Counted from the first letter of the stretch, positions 9,066 through 18,217 are shown. The stretch: 32,000 bases of DNA from Opitutales bacterium (GCA_965219535.1 CBDCNV010000001.1:2040001-2072000), one strand, 5' to 3'. Made by a program: numbers and translations. The notes: generated by a model from the letters alone, not told the origin.

Positions 9066-10045
9066 TGCATCCATTCACTAAAAATTCATCTGAATCAATC
9101 GCGCGGCTAGGCGAACGTAAGCTGCTGGAAAAAATACGCCTTTGGCTTGGAGAGACCTCACCACCCGCACCGCATGGAATGGGTGACGACACTGCAATTC
9201 TCCCCATTGAACCCGATCAATTTAATTTAATTACTACCGATACACTCGCCTATAAATGTCATTTTAACGATGCCGTAAAACCTGAACAGGCAGGAGCCAA
9301 ATTAGTTAAACGTAATTTAAGCGATATTGCTGCCATGGGGGGGACCCCAAGCAGTGCAGTTATCAGTCTCTTTCTTCCACCCACTTTACGTTTGGATTGG
9401 CTATCTGCATTTTACGCCGGTGTTCGAGACGAATCTATAGATTCAAATATAAAAATAGTCGGTGGTGATCTTTGTGAGACTGAAGATTTTCTTGGAGGTC
9501 AACTTACACTTTGGGGAAATGCCCGCCGTCCGGTTACACGCACAGGGGCTGATAGTGGTGATTTTATTTATGTCAGTGGAACCTTGGGAGGGAGTAGCTG
9601 CGGCAAGCACCTGGATTTTACCCCGCGCTTGGCCGAAGGCAAATGGTTGTCAGAACAATCGGATGTACATTCCATGATTGATATAACAGATGGTCTAATG
9701 AAAGATTTACCGACCTTGATCCCGCCGACCTGTTCGGCAGGTTTAAGTATTAAATCACTCCCCATTAGCGAAGCCGCTCAAACCCTATCCGCGGAAGACG
9801 ATCAATCTCCTGCTGAACATGCTTTGAACGATGGCGAGGATTATGAACTGCTATTTACTTTAAGCAACACGTGCGACTCTGAGTTATTTCATAAAAAGTG
9901 GAGCGAACGGTTTGAAATTCCCATTACCCGGATCGGAGAAATGATGGAGGATTTAAATCAAAATCGACCACGCCGTATAATTAATTTAGATACCGGTCAT
10001 GAACTCGAGGGGCTCGTAGGATATGAACATTTTAGCGCGTCTTAG
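9065..10045 (+). CDS. thiL: Thiamine-monophosphate kinase
   Basis: PurM/AIR-synthase-like fold motifs GDDTAIL, VGGDL and DITDGL. The ATG at 9065 overlaps the upstream TAA (TAATG) and gives ~326 aa, typical for ThiL. The track start at 9038 is a non-ATG extension. Confidence 0.85.
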   Translation: MHPFTKNSSESIARLGERKLLEKIRLWLGETSPPAPHGMGDDTAILPIEPDQFNLITTDTLAYKCHFNDAVKPEQAGAKLVKRNLSDIAAMGGTPSSAVISLFLPPTLRLDWLSAFYAGVRDESIDSNIKIVGGDLCETEDFLGGQLTLWGNARRPVTRTGADSGDFIYVSGTLGGSSCGKHLDFTPRLAEGKWLSEQSDVHSMIDITDGLMKDLPTLIPPTCSAGLSIKSLPISEAAQTLSAEDDQSPAEHALNDGEDYELLFTLSNTCDSELFHKKWSERFEIPITRIGEMMEDLNQNRPRRIINLDTGHELEGLVGYEHFSAS

Positions 10046-10454
10046 AGCTGGAATAATCTCTACATCGGACGTGGAAACCGAGGCAATTGCGAGGACTCTG
10101 GCGTCTCAAATCCCTGAAGATCTGACACTGGCACTATATGGGGAACTGGGGGCAGGAAAAACCACTTTTATCCGCGGATTGGCCAGCGCATGGAAGATCA
10201 ATGAACCCGTCACCAGCCCAACCTATAATATTCTAGCTATTTATCGCGGTGATAGAATCCTTCTTCACCTCGATGCTTTTCGATTGGAAAATCAAAGTGA
10301 AATTGAAGAGCTGATGATCGATGAATTCCTGTCGTCCCCCTATTGCCTGGCCATTGAGTGGCCCGAAAATCTAGAAAACTGGCTACCAGATGCCTGCTGG
10401 AAACTAAAACTGGAAATCCACGATAAAACCAAGCGTTTTATCAAAATGCTGTAA
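10023..10454 (+). CDS. tsaE: tRNA t6A37 biosynthesis ATPase TsaE (YjeE)
   Basis: 143 aa, P-loop GELGAGKTTFIRG, SPTYNI motif. Overlaps the thiL 3' end by 23 nt. Confidence 0.85.
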   Translation: MNILARLRAGIISTSDVETEAIARTLASQIPEDLTLALYGELGAGKTTFIRGLASAWKINEPVTSPTYNILAIYRGDRILLHLDAFRLENQSEIEELMIDEFLSSPYCLAIEWPENLENWLPDACWKLKLEIHDKTKRFIKML

Positions 10455-10523
10455 TCGGTACCCTACCCCCTGTCATTGTCTCTCAGACAATGTGTGAGCG
10501 CAATAAAACGTCGTTCCATATAT

Positions 10524-11777
10524 TTACAGTGCCTTGAGTACAATACTGGCGTTATGACCGCCAAATCCAGAATTGTTGCTCATCGCAACTTTGACGGTAC
10601 TCGACTTTTTTTTGTTGGGAACATAATTCAAGTCACAATCAGGATCAGGATTTTCGTAATTAATCGTTGGAGGGATCTCTCCCGTTTGGATAGCTTTCGC
10701 TGCTGCTGCGGATTCGATTCCTCCGGCTGCACCTAAAAGGTGACCGGTCATGGATTTCGTTGAGCTGATATGAACATTGTAGGCATGATCACCAAACACG
10801 TTTTTAACTGCTAGCGTCTCCACTTTATCATTCGGACCTGTCGATGTCCCATGTGCATTTATGTAATCGACATCAGAAGCCTTTAAATTGGCTTCTTTCA
10901 ATGCATTCTTAATACAGAGTGTGAGCCCCCTCCCATCCAAATCTGGAGTGGTAATATGGTAAGCATCACAAGTAGCCGCGTATCCTGCCAATTCACAATA
11001 TATATTCGCACCACGCGCTTGAGCATGTTCCAAAGTTTCCATGACTACAATTCCGGAACCTTCTCCCATAATGAATCCATCTCTTTTCATATCGAATGGC
11101 CGACTGGCACGCTCAGGTTCATCATTGGATGAGGTGCTCATCGCTTTCATGTTACAAAAACCAGCGTAACCCAAGGGAGTAACTGCAGCTTCGCTTCCAC
11201 CCGCGATCATGATATCTACAGTCCCCGTTTGCAAATGAAGCATGGATTCACCAATCGCGTGAGTTCCCGTAGCGCAAGCGCTAACCACGCTAAAATTAGG
11301 TCCCATCGCTCCAATTTCCATCGCGACAATTCCTGAGGCAGAATTTGCAATTAAAGACGGAATCATAAAGGGAGATACTTTACGCGGTCCCATCTCATAA
11401 AATCGGCGAGTTTGCGTTTCGATCGTATCCATCCCACCAATACCTGATCCTATAATGATACCCAAGCGGGTCTTGTCCACTTTCCCCAAATCAAGTTGAC
11501 TATCCTTGAGCGCGATCTTCGTCGTCGCTAAGGCAAAATGGGTGTAACGGTCATTGCGTCTGACTTCTTTCGGATCCATATAATCCTTAGGATCAAAATC
11601 CAGAACCTCAGCACCAATTTTTGTGGGAAAATCGCTAGGGTCCCAACGGGAGATCCTTTTTATACCACTGCGGCCAGCTAACAAATTATCCCAGAAAGTC
11701 TGAATATCATTGCCCAATGAATGAAGGATTCCCAGACCGGTAATCACTACCCTGCGTTTTGGTGAAAGTGTATCCAT
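10524..11777 (-). CDS. fabF: 3-oxoacyl-ACP synthase II
   Basis: Active-site Cys context SVVSACATG, His motifs YINAHGTSTGPND and SMTGHLLGAAG, C-terminus GFGGHNASIVL. The ATG at 11777 is preferred over the TTG at 11780. Confidence 0.95.
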   Translation of the reverse strand: MDTLSPKRRVVITGLGILHSLGNDIQTFWDNLLAGRSGIKRISRWDPSDFPTKIGAEVLDFDPKDYMDPKEVRRNDRYTHFALATTKIALKDSQLDLGKVDKTRLGIIIGSGIGGMDTIETQTRRFYEMGPRKVSPFMIPSLIANSASGIVAMEIGAMGPNFSVVSACATGTHAIGESMLHLQTGTVDIMIAGGSEAAVTPLGYAGFCNMKAMSTSSNDEPERASRPFDMKRDGFIMGEGSGIVVMETLEHAQARGANIYCELAGYAATCDAYHITTPDLDGRGLTLCIKNALKEANLKASDVDYINAHGTSTGPNDKVETLAVKNVFGDHAYNVHISSTKSMTGHLLGAAGGIESAAAAKAIQTGEIPPTINYENPDPDCDLNYVPNKKKSSTVKVAMSNNSGFGGHNASIVLKAL

Positions 11778-11805
11778 CAAAAAAATGGAGGCTAGAAACC
11801 TCCAT
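11778..11805 (-). terminator. Hairpin plus U-tract between acpP and fabF (candidate partial terminator/attenuator or processing site)
   Basis: The minus strand reads ATGGAGG-TTTCTAG-CCTCCAT-TTTTTTG-ATG(fabF). This is a 7-bp GC-containing stem, a 7-nt loop and a T-run that ends at the fabF start codon. Confidence 0.4.
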
Positions 11806-11846
11806 TAGGGGAATTCAGCTCGTTACGAAAGAATCAAAGGGGATCG

Positions 11847-12101
11847 TCAACCCGCTTTTTCCTCAATGTATTTAGTAACATCGCCAACGGTTTGCAGCTT
11901 TTCTGCTTCTGATTCAGGGATTTCTCCTTCGATCTCATCTTTGAATTCTTCTTCAAAGGCCATAATAAGCTCGACTGTATCCAAGGAATCAGCCCCTAGA
12001 TCATCCAGAAAGGACGCCTCTGAGGTAACTTGCTCATTATTTACGTTGAGCTGGTTTACGATAATCTCTTGAACGCGATTTTCGATTGATTTATCTGCCA
12101 T
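11847..12101 (-). CDS. acpP: Acyl carrier protein
   Basis: 84 aa, acidic, with the phosphopantetheine attachment motif [14 protein letters not shown]. Confidence 0.97.
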   Translation of the reverse strand: MADKSIENRVQEIIVNQLNVNNEQVTSEASFLDDLGADSLDTVELIMAFEEEFKDEIEGEIPESEAEKLQTVGDVTKYIEEKAG

Positions 12102-12141
12102 AATTATTCGACTGATTTACAAGAAGTATGTTTATTCGGAA

Positions 12142-12894
12142 TCACATCACAAGGCCGCCGTCAATGGAAAAAATTTTGCCCGTAATATAAGAGGCTTCTT
12201 CTGAACAGAGAAAAGAGACTAGCCCGACAATGTCTTTCGGTTGCCCCAGTCTTTTTAGGGGGATGAGTTTTGTGATTGTTTCGGTCGTTTTTTCGTCAAT
12301 TCCAGCGGTCATATCCGTTTCGATAAACCCCGGAGCTACCGCATTTACGGTAACCGTACGACTGGAAAATTCTTTAGCTAAACTCTTGGTTAAACCGATG
12401 ATTCCCGCTTTTGATGCCGCATAATTAGCCTGCCCAGCATTGCCCATCAGACCAACTACTGAGCTAATATTGACGATTCTGCCCCAGCGCTGCCGTGCCA
12501 TCGGATGAGCGAGTGATTTTACCCAATAAAAACAGCTCGATAAATTCGTTCGCAATACACTATCCCAGTCGTCATCCGACATTCTAAGGATTAGCCCATC
12601 GCGTGTGATCCCGGCATTATTTACGAGGATATCTATGCATTCATACTCTGTAAGAATCGATTTTGCGGTAGCTGCCACAGCTTCACCATCAGATACATCG
12701 ACCGCGTAGGCCTTAGCCTTTCCACCAGCTTTTACGATCGAATCAGCTACTAAACTGCAATTGGATTCAGATTTGCTGACACAAATAACGGTCAACCCGC
12801 TTTCGGCTAAATCCTCAGCTATCGCACGTCCAATTCCTCGACCCGCACCGGTCACAAGGGCCACCCTATTATCGAATGTCAGCTGCATGGGCAC
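12142..12894 (-). CDS. fabG: 3-oxoacyl-ACP reductase
   Basis: SDR motifs TGAGRGIGRAIA, NNAGI and YAASKAG. Position directly upstream of acpP-fabF. Confidence 0.93.
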   Translation of the reverse strand: MPMQLTFDNRVALVTGAGRGIGRAIAEDLAESGLTVICVSKSESNCSLVADSIVKAGGKAKAYAVDVSDGEAVAATAKSILTEYECIDILVNNAGITRDGLILRMSDDDWDSVLRTNLSSCFYWVKSLAHPMARQRWGRIVNISSVVGLMGNAGQANYAASKAGIIGLTKSLAKEFSSRTVTVNAVAPGFIETDMTAGIDEKTTETITKLIPLKRLGQPKDIVGLVSFLCSEEASYITGKIFSIDGGLVM

Positions 12895-12966
12895 ATGTCT
12901 TCAAATATGAAGAATGGTGGCAAGAAATATCGATTTCCCCATCCACACAGGTATACCAAGTTCAAT

Positions 12967-14130
12967 TTAATAAACATCACGTTGGTAATGTTTTTCTTTC
13001 TTCATTTGCTTGACGTAATTTTTTGCATCTTCCTCAGTCATACCTCCCTCTTTTTCGATTATATCATGGAGGGCATTATCAACATCTACAGCCATGCGTT
13101 CAGCATCACCACAAACATAGAAAAAAGCGCCGCTTTTAATCCAATCCCATAAATCAGCGGCGCTTTCACGCATTTTGTCTTGAACGTAGATCTTATAATC
13201 CTGATCACGCGACCAGGCGTTATCAATACGGGTTAACTGGTTTTTGCTCAAATATTCATCAAATTCCGCACCGTAGAGATTATCGGTGGCTTCATGTTGA
13301 TCGCCGAAAAACAGCCAGCTTCTACCTTTACTCCCACGGTTGATACGTTCTTGAAGAAAAGCGCGAAAAGGGGCAATACCTGTTCCAGGACCAACCATAA
13401 TGAGATCCTCATTTTCATCTTCAGGTAATCCAAACTTAGACTTGGCTATAAAAACCGGAGTTTTTTTCTCAAATACCTCAACACGATCAGAAAGATAGGT
13501 TGAAGCCACCCCCACACGTTCATGCCCATTTGTTTCATAACGGACGACAGCTACCGTTAAGTGAACTTCATTCGGGTAGACGCTGGGTGAAGAAGCTATG
13601 GAATAAAGGCGGGGTACCAGTCTGCGTAAGCAATTGACAAATTCTTGAGCATCAAATTTTGCGCTGGGGTACTCCTCCAATAGGTCAATGAATTCACGAT
13701 TCACAAGAAAAGCTTTAGTCGCTTCTTTTGAATCCTCAGAAAGCAGATCTTCAAGTTTCTTTTTTTCTTCTGTGTTAGATACTTTTTCCGACAATGTGAT
13801 AAGGAATTTTTTTGTTGGTAAGGCTAGGGCAACTCTGCGGAATAGCGCATCGCGCAAGGATATATCATCAAGGTCATTCTTCATGCGCACTTTTTCCTCA
13901 CCTGACAGCCCCAATGCCTTGATAACCGCGTCGACTTCCTCTATACGATTTGTGGGATAGACTCCCAGGGAATCTCCACAGGTATAAATAAGGTCGCTTC
14001 CCGAAATATCGATTACATAGTGCTGGGTATCCTTTGCGGATCCTTCTTTTGTGAGCATGCGCCTTTCTGTCATCTGCGCGATAAATGGATTTTTTACTGT
14101 ATAAACCACATTTGATTTTATTTCACTCAT
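12967..14130 (-). CDS. CysJ/CPR-type FAD- and NADPH-binding (FNR-like) flavoprotein lacking the N-terminal flavodoxin domain
   Basis: Motifs RLYSIASS (FAD), GPGTGIAPFRAF (NADPH) and C-terminus HYQRDVY, as in sulfite reductase alpha subunit. At 387 aa it corresponds only to the C-terminal two-thirds of E. coli CysJ. Confidence 0.8.
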   Translation of the reverse strand: MSEIKSNVVYTVKNPFIAQMTERRMLTKEGSAKDTQHYVIDISGSDLIYTCGDSLGVYPTNRIEEVDAVIKALGLSGEEKVRMKNDLDDISLRDALFRRVALALPTKKFLITLSEKVSNTEEKKKLEDLLSEDSKEATKAFLVNREFIDLLEEYPSAKFDAQEFVNCLRRLVPRLYSIASSPSVYPNEVHLTVAVVRYETNGHERVGVASTYLSDRVEVFEKKTPVFIAKSKFGLPEDENEDLIMVGPGTGIAPFRAFLQERINRGSKGRSWLFFGDQHEATDNLYGAEFDEYLSKNQLTRIDNAWSRDQDYKIYVQDKMRESAADLWDWIKSGAFFYVCGDAERMAVDVDNALHDIIEKEGGMTEEDAKNYVKQMKKEKHYQRDVY

Positions 14131-14234
14131 TGTAACCTCAAAAAGATGTTCGCTTTGTATTAAATTTCAATATTATCCCTCTAAAATAAATTATGATCAC
14201 CTTTATTCATTTTTTTAAATCTTTAATATAACTA

Positions 14235-14984
14235 ATGACCATGCGCAATGAGGAAGAGTCTATTCGTATTCATAAGTTCCTCTCTGAACAGGGAATATGT
14301 TCAAGACGTGATGCTGAAGAATTGATTAAAGAGGGTTTAGTAGAGGTAAACGGGAAAGTCGCAGAGATTGGGCAAAAAATAATACCGAGTAAAGATCATA
14401 TTTCCGTTCAAGGTAGAAACCTTGCGGCACGGTCGAGGAAAAACCTCACCCTCGCACTCAATAAACCTCGCGGTCTTATTTGCAGCAATCATGATCCCTA
14501 CCATAATCAAACGGTTTTCGATCTGCTGCCAAAAGAACTACATAGGGAACGTCTATTTTGTGCAGGTCGTCTGGATAAAGAAAGTGAAGGGCTCCTTATT
14601 CTAACGAATGATGGGGATTTGGCCCATCGCCTCACTCACCCTTCAGCCTTGGTAATTAAACGCTACGAGGTCACCCTTAATCACCCATTCGACTTGAAGA
14701 AGATACCGTTATTAAAACGAGGGCTGAACGTCGATGACGAGATATTGCGTGTGGAAAAAGTTATTTCTTTGAAAAAAAGTCCGAATCAAAACAACCGACT
14801 GGAGATCCATCTCAACCACGGTCGGAAACGTGAAATCAGACGCCTATTTGAAGCACTTGGCTATCGCGTAAAAAAACTCGCCCGTCACCAGATCGGAGGC
14901 CTGACCATACGCGGCATAAAACCTGGTTATTACCGCGTCCTCAATCCCAAAGATATCGAAAAATTACTCGATGTCAGCAATTGA
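14235..14984 (+). CDS. rRNA pseudouridine synthase, RsuA/RluB family (S4 domain + catalytic domain)
   Basis: S4-like N-terminus RIHKFLSEQGICSRRDAEELIKEGLVEVNGK. Catalytic Asp motif GRLDKESEGLLILTNDG. Confidence 0.88.
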   Translation: MTMRNEEESIRIHKFLSEQGICSRRDAEELIKEGLVEVNGKVAEIGQKIIPSKDHISVQGRNLAARSRKNLTLALNKPRGLICSNHDPYHNQTVFDLLPKELHRERLFCAGRLDKESEGLLILTNDGDLAHRLTHPSALVIKRYEVTLNHPFDLKKIPLLKRGLNVDDEILRVEKVISLKKSPNQNNRLEIHLNHGRKREIRRLFEALGYRVKKLARHQIGGLTIRGIKPGYYRVLNPKDIEKLLDVSN

Positions 14985-15173
14985 AATAGAGGCACTAAAG
15001 CAGACCGTATTAGTAAATGAAGAAAGATAGATCTGAATAAGCAGATAATTTCATTTACTACATAATACTCATTACTGTTCATTGATTACTCTCATATCAG
15101 TTCACCGCTAATAGCCGAATACACTTTTTCCTTGTGCACCTGCTGAATCCTTAGTTTATCATCAACACAAGCT

Positions 15174-16061
15174 ATGTCTGACCCAAAAATTATCGATGGA
15201 AATCTCATTTCTAAACAGATACTAGAAGAGTTAAAAATTGAGATCGCGGCAAGTAAAGGTCCACAACCTCGGGTCACTTTTGTTCGCGTGGGTGAAGATC
15301 CTGCGTCTGTTTATTATGTTAATAAAAAACAGAAAACTGCGATGGAGATTGGCATCGACAGCAGCGTTCAAGTTTTCCCGGAAAACACCAGCGAAAATGA
15401 ACTGCTCGCAGTAATCGACAACTTGAATAAGGATACTTCGGTTCATGGCATTCTTATTCAATCTCCTCTGCCTGACACTTTCAGCGAAGAAACGGCATTC
15501 AACCGGGTGAACCCCGATAAAGATGTAGATGGACTGAATATTAAAAATTTTGGCCGTTTATGCCAAGAAGATGCAGAGGGTTTTGTCGCCTGTACCCCGG
15601 CAGGAATTATAGAATTACTGAAACGGTCAGATGTAGGAATCGACGGGAAGCATGCAGTGGTCGTGGGGCGTAGCCTTCTCGTAGGTAAGTCCTGTGCCCT
15701 GCTTTTAATGCAAAAGAGCCAAAACGGTAACGCGACGGTATCGATTTGTCATTCCCATACACAGGATTTATCAGCAATTACTAAACAGGCCGATATCTTA
15801 ATTGCCGCTATGGGTAAGGCTGAATTTATCACTGAAGCCATGGTAAAACCAGGAGCAGTGGTAATAGATGTAGGTATTAATCGAGTTGCGGATGATTCCA
15901 AAAAAAGGGGGTATCGGATCGTCGGTGATGTCGACTTTGATAATGTTTTACCTCTCGTTTCTAAAATCACCCCCGTTCCCGGTGGCGTTGGCCCGATGAC
16001 GGTGGCAATTCTCATGCGAAATACACTTAAAGCTTATAAAAAAGCTCATCTCGCCGATTAA
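15174..16061 (+). CDS. folD: Bifunctional methylenetetrahydrofolate dehydrogenase / methenyl-THF cyclohydrolase
   Basis: 295 aa with motifs [31 protein letters not shown] and [15 protein letters not shown]. Confidence 0.93.
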   Translation: MSDPKIIDGNLISKQILEELKIEIAASKGPQPRVTFVRVGEDPASVYYVNKKQKTAMEIGIDSSVQVFPENTSENELLAVIDNLNKDTSVHGILIQSPLPDTFSEETAFNRVNPDKDVDGLNIKNFGRLCQEDAEGFVACTPAGIIELLKRSDVGIDGKHAVVVGRSLLVGKSCALLLMQKSQNGNATVSICHSHTQDLSAITKQADILIAAMGKAEFITEAMVKPGAVVIDVGINRVADDSKKRGYRIVGDVDFDNVLPLVSKITPVPGGVGPMTVAILMRNTLKAYKKAHLAD

Positions 16062-16191
16062 TATTCAGTCGGTTAGTAGTCTACTATAACCGATATGTCA
16101 TGCTCCCCCTTGCAAACATCCTCCTCGTCCATTGCCTGTCTCTGGCTTCTATTGTTCTCAAACAGTTTTATAGATTCCTCTATGAGGATAA

Positions 16192-16214
16192 TTAAAAAAG
16201 GGTCATGCCTAGAA
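16192..16214. repeat. Left target-site duplication (TTAAAAAA) plus IS terminal inverted repeat
   Basis: Read directly: ttaaaaaa|gggtcatgcctagaa. Confidence 0.9.
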
Positions 16215-16934
16215 CAGAGGGTATCTTAAGCACATATTAAGGATGTTACGATGGAGGTTTTGATGACGATGGTTAAAGCGATATTCAGTTTCTTTGAGGT
16301 GCAGTTGGAAGGTCCTACGAGAAAGACCTTTGAACTTAGCCAATCGAAGTTTAGCAAAAGCCCAAAAAGATTCAATCCCGTTAATGTGGGAGTGTCCCTG
16401 GGCAAACTCGTTGTCGTTGTGATTGACACGGTAATGCTTCTTATAGCCCAGATCCACGAGGCCGTTGTAAGCACGCCACCCGTCAGAATAAAGCACACTG
16501 TCAAAAGTAACTCTCCCTTGGATCACCGCATGCAGAGCGGCTCTGGAGACGTTGCGTACAACCTGGGTATAGACTTTCCCATTACGCTTGAGCAACCCGA
16601 AGACGGGCACTTTCTTGAATGCACCCCGACCTCTTTGCCCTGGAATTCTTTTGCCTCCAAAGTAGGACTCATCCATTTCCACCGACCCCCTAAAAGGCGA
16701 GGCCTGCGCACATTGCTGCAACAAACGCTCCCGCAACAAGCGCAAATAACGGTTGACCGTGTTACGATTCAATCCTGTCAATTGGGCTATCTTCAACGCT
16801 TCCATATCCAAGCTAAAACACTTTACTAACTGCCGAAATTTGGCCTCAGAAATTTTTGAACGATGTACATACTTATTTCTCATTTGTCTAGAATAGCTTA
16901 CACATCTGATATGTGTCTATTCTAGGCATGACCC
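16200..16934 (-). mobile_element. Intact IS1595-family insertion sequence (IS1016-like group), 735 bp
   Basis: Perfect 15-bp terminal inverted repeats GGGTCATGCCTAGAA (16200-16214) and TTCTAGGCATGACCC (16920-16934). They are flanked by the direct 8-bp duplication TTAAAAAA (16192-16199 and 16935-16942). A single transposase ORF fills the element. Confidence 0.92.
16209..16883 (-). CDS. IS1595-family DDE transposase
   Basis: 224 aa. N-terminal HTH-like region LTGLNRNTVNRYL. Catalytic region VEMDESYFGGKR...VFGLLKRNGKVYT...LYSDGWRAY...HINGIESFWAFAK closely resembles IS1016/ISXO2-like transposases. Confidence 0.92.
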   Translation of the reverse strand: MRNKYVHRSKISEAKFRQLVKCFSLDMEALKIAQLTGLNRNTVNRYLRLLRERLLQQCAQASPFRGSVEMDESYFGGKRIPGQRGRGAFKKVPVFGLLKRNGKVYTQVVRNVSRAALHAVIQGRVTFDSVLYSDGWRAYNGLVDLGYKKHYRVNHNDNEFAQGHSHINGIESFWAFAKLRLAKFKGLSRRTFQLHLKETEYRFNHRHQNLHRNILNMCLRYPLF

Positions 16935-16942
16935 TTAAAAAA
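16920..16942. repeat. Right IS terminal inverted repeat plus target-site duplication (TTAAAAAA)
   Basis: Read directly: ttctaggcatgaccc|ttaaaaaa. This is the reverse complement of the left end, followed by the same 8-mer. Confidence 0.9.
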
Positions 16943-17116
16943 TATCCTTTCATAAGATTAAATTAACTTCATCTGTCATTTTTCGCACAGCTAATTCAAG
17001 CGTTGAATGTAAATTATTTGTTAACTTATCCTCTATAACTAAACATCACCCAGTGCGGACTTGAACTTCTATCGCAAATATCGATATTTTAGTTAAAATC
17101 AAACAGTCGAATCATT

Positions 17117-18217
17117 TTGAATAACCTACCTAACATTCTCGTCGTCGATGATGAACCTATCAATGTCAAATTGCTGCAACGCAAGCTTGAGAAAGAAGGG
17201 ATGGGTGTGGATGTTGTTTTTGATGGTGAAGCTGCCTTAAAAAAGATAGCTAAGCGGAGGCCTGACCTCATATTACTGGATATAATGATGCCGGGTCTTG
17301 ATGGTATTGAAGTCTGTAAACGATTGAAAAGTGAAGAAAAGACCCAGACCATACCAGTTATATTTATTACCGCTAAGACTTCTAAAGAAGGGAAAATCGC
17401 CGGACTCAGTGCCGGGGCAACGGATTACATCACTAAGCCCATCGATCTCGATGAAACGATTGCTCGGATTAAGACCCAATTGCAAATTCAAGAAATTCAT
17501 CGCCAAAATTTAGATCTTCAAGCACGCCTGAATGATGCTCGTCAGTCTGCGGCTATCGGCGCGATTACCCAGGGCATCGCACACAATCTAAATAACCTGC
17601 TTGGCGTGGTTGTAGGCTACCTCGATCTTATCGAAAACTGTTCGGATGACCCGAAAATGGTAAAACGCAGTTCTGGCCTGATGAACCAGGCAGTGAAACG
17701 CATTGTTAACATTGTCCAACAATTAAGTCTTTTTGCTACAAAAAATAAAGTTCAACTCACCTTAATGCCTGTCGGGCAATTATTGATTAATAGCATTAAT
17801 CGATTCAGCACCGAGAACGATATTACCTCAAAAATCAACCTCTCCAACCCGGAGCCAGAAACGAATATTAATGCGAATGCCGAGGCATTTGAAAACATCT
17901 TGGGGCTCTTGCTTATGAACGCCTGGGAGAGTTACCCACAAGGATGCACTAAAGAACGTAAAATTGATGTTCGAACAAAAATCATCCAGCGCCAGGGAGG
18001 TAAACATCTGCAAGTTAAAGTCTCTGACCATGGGGAAGGTATTGATCCAAAGATCGCAGATCATGTATTTGAACCTTTTATAACGTCAAAAACTTCAGTC
18101 GGTCGCGGTATGGGGCTGACTATCGCGCGCCATAGCATACGCAGTCTTGGTGGTGATATCACGCTCGCAAAAAATCCCCGCGGGGGTACTTTTGTGACTT
18201 TCAATCACCCGTTATAA
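17117..18217 (+). CDS. Response-regulator receiver domain fused to a histidine kinase core (REC-HisKA-HATPase_c), no recognisable sensor or TM domain
   Basis: REC motifs ILVVDDEPINVKLL, LILLDIMMPGLDG and ITAKT. H-box GIAHNLNNLLGVVVGY. ATPase motifs DHGEGIDP, FEPFITSK and GRGMGLTIARHSI. The start is a TTG at 17117 and is uncertain. Confidence 0.85.
   Translation: MNNLPNILVVDDEPINVKLLQRKLEKEGMGVDVVFDGEAALKKIAKRRPDLILLDIMMPGLDGIEVCKRLKSEEKTQTIPVIFITAKTSKEGKIAGLSAGATDYITKPIDLDETIARIKTQLQIQEIHRQNLDLQARLNDARQSAAIGAITQGIAHNLNNLLGVVVGYLDLIENCSDDPKMVKRSSGLMNQAVKRIVNIVQQLSLFATKNKVQLTLMPVGQLLINSINRFSTENDITSKINLSNPEPETNINANAEAFENILGLLLMNAWESYPQGCTKERKIDVRTKIIQRQGGKHLQVKVSDHGEGIDPKIADHVFEPFITSKTSVGRGMGLTIARHSIRSLGGDITLAKNPRGGTFVTFNHPL

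Noticed and set aside
10474-10492. 7-bp hairpin CATTGTC-TCTCA-GACAATG between the convergent tsaE and fabF genes
   Set aside because: The stem is short and low in GC, and there is no T-tract on either strand. A bidirectional terminator is possible but unsupported.
16070-16092. Imperfect hairpin CGGTTAGTAG-T-CTACTA(TA)ACCG just after the folD stop
   Set aside because: It is bulged, has an almost loop-less geometry, and no downstream T-run. The evidence is too weak to call a terminator.
16251-16829. 192-aa plus-strand ORF inside the IS element, together with the nested minus-strand ORFs 16226-16504 and 16523-16711
   Set aside because: It is antisense or out of frame to a transposase with strong family motifs. 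It has no motifs of its own and is a typical shadow ORF.
17076-17089. Perfect 14-bp palindrome AAATATCGATATTT 27 nt upstream of the REC-HK start
   Set aside because: About 2 perfect 14-bp palindromes are expected by chance in 32 kb, and more in AT-rich spacers. With no second copy or partner evidence it is not significant alone.
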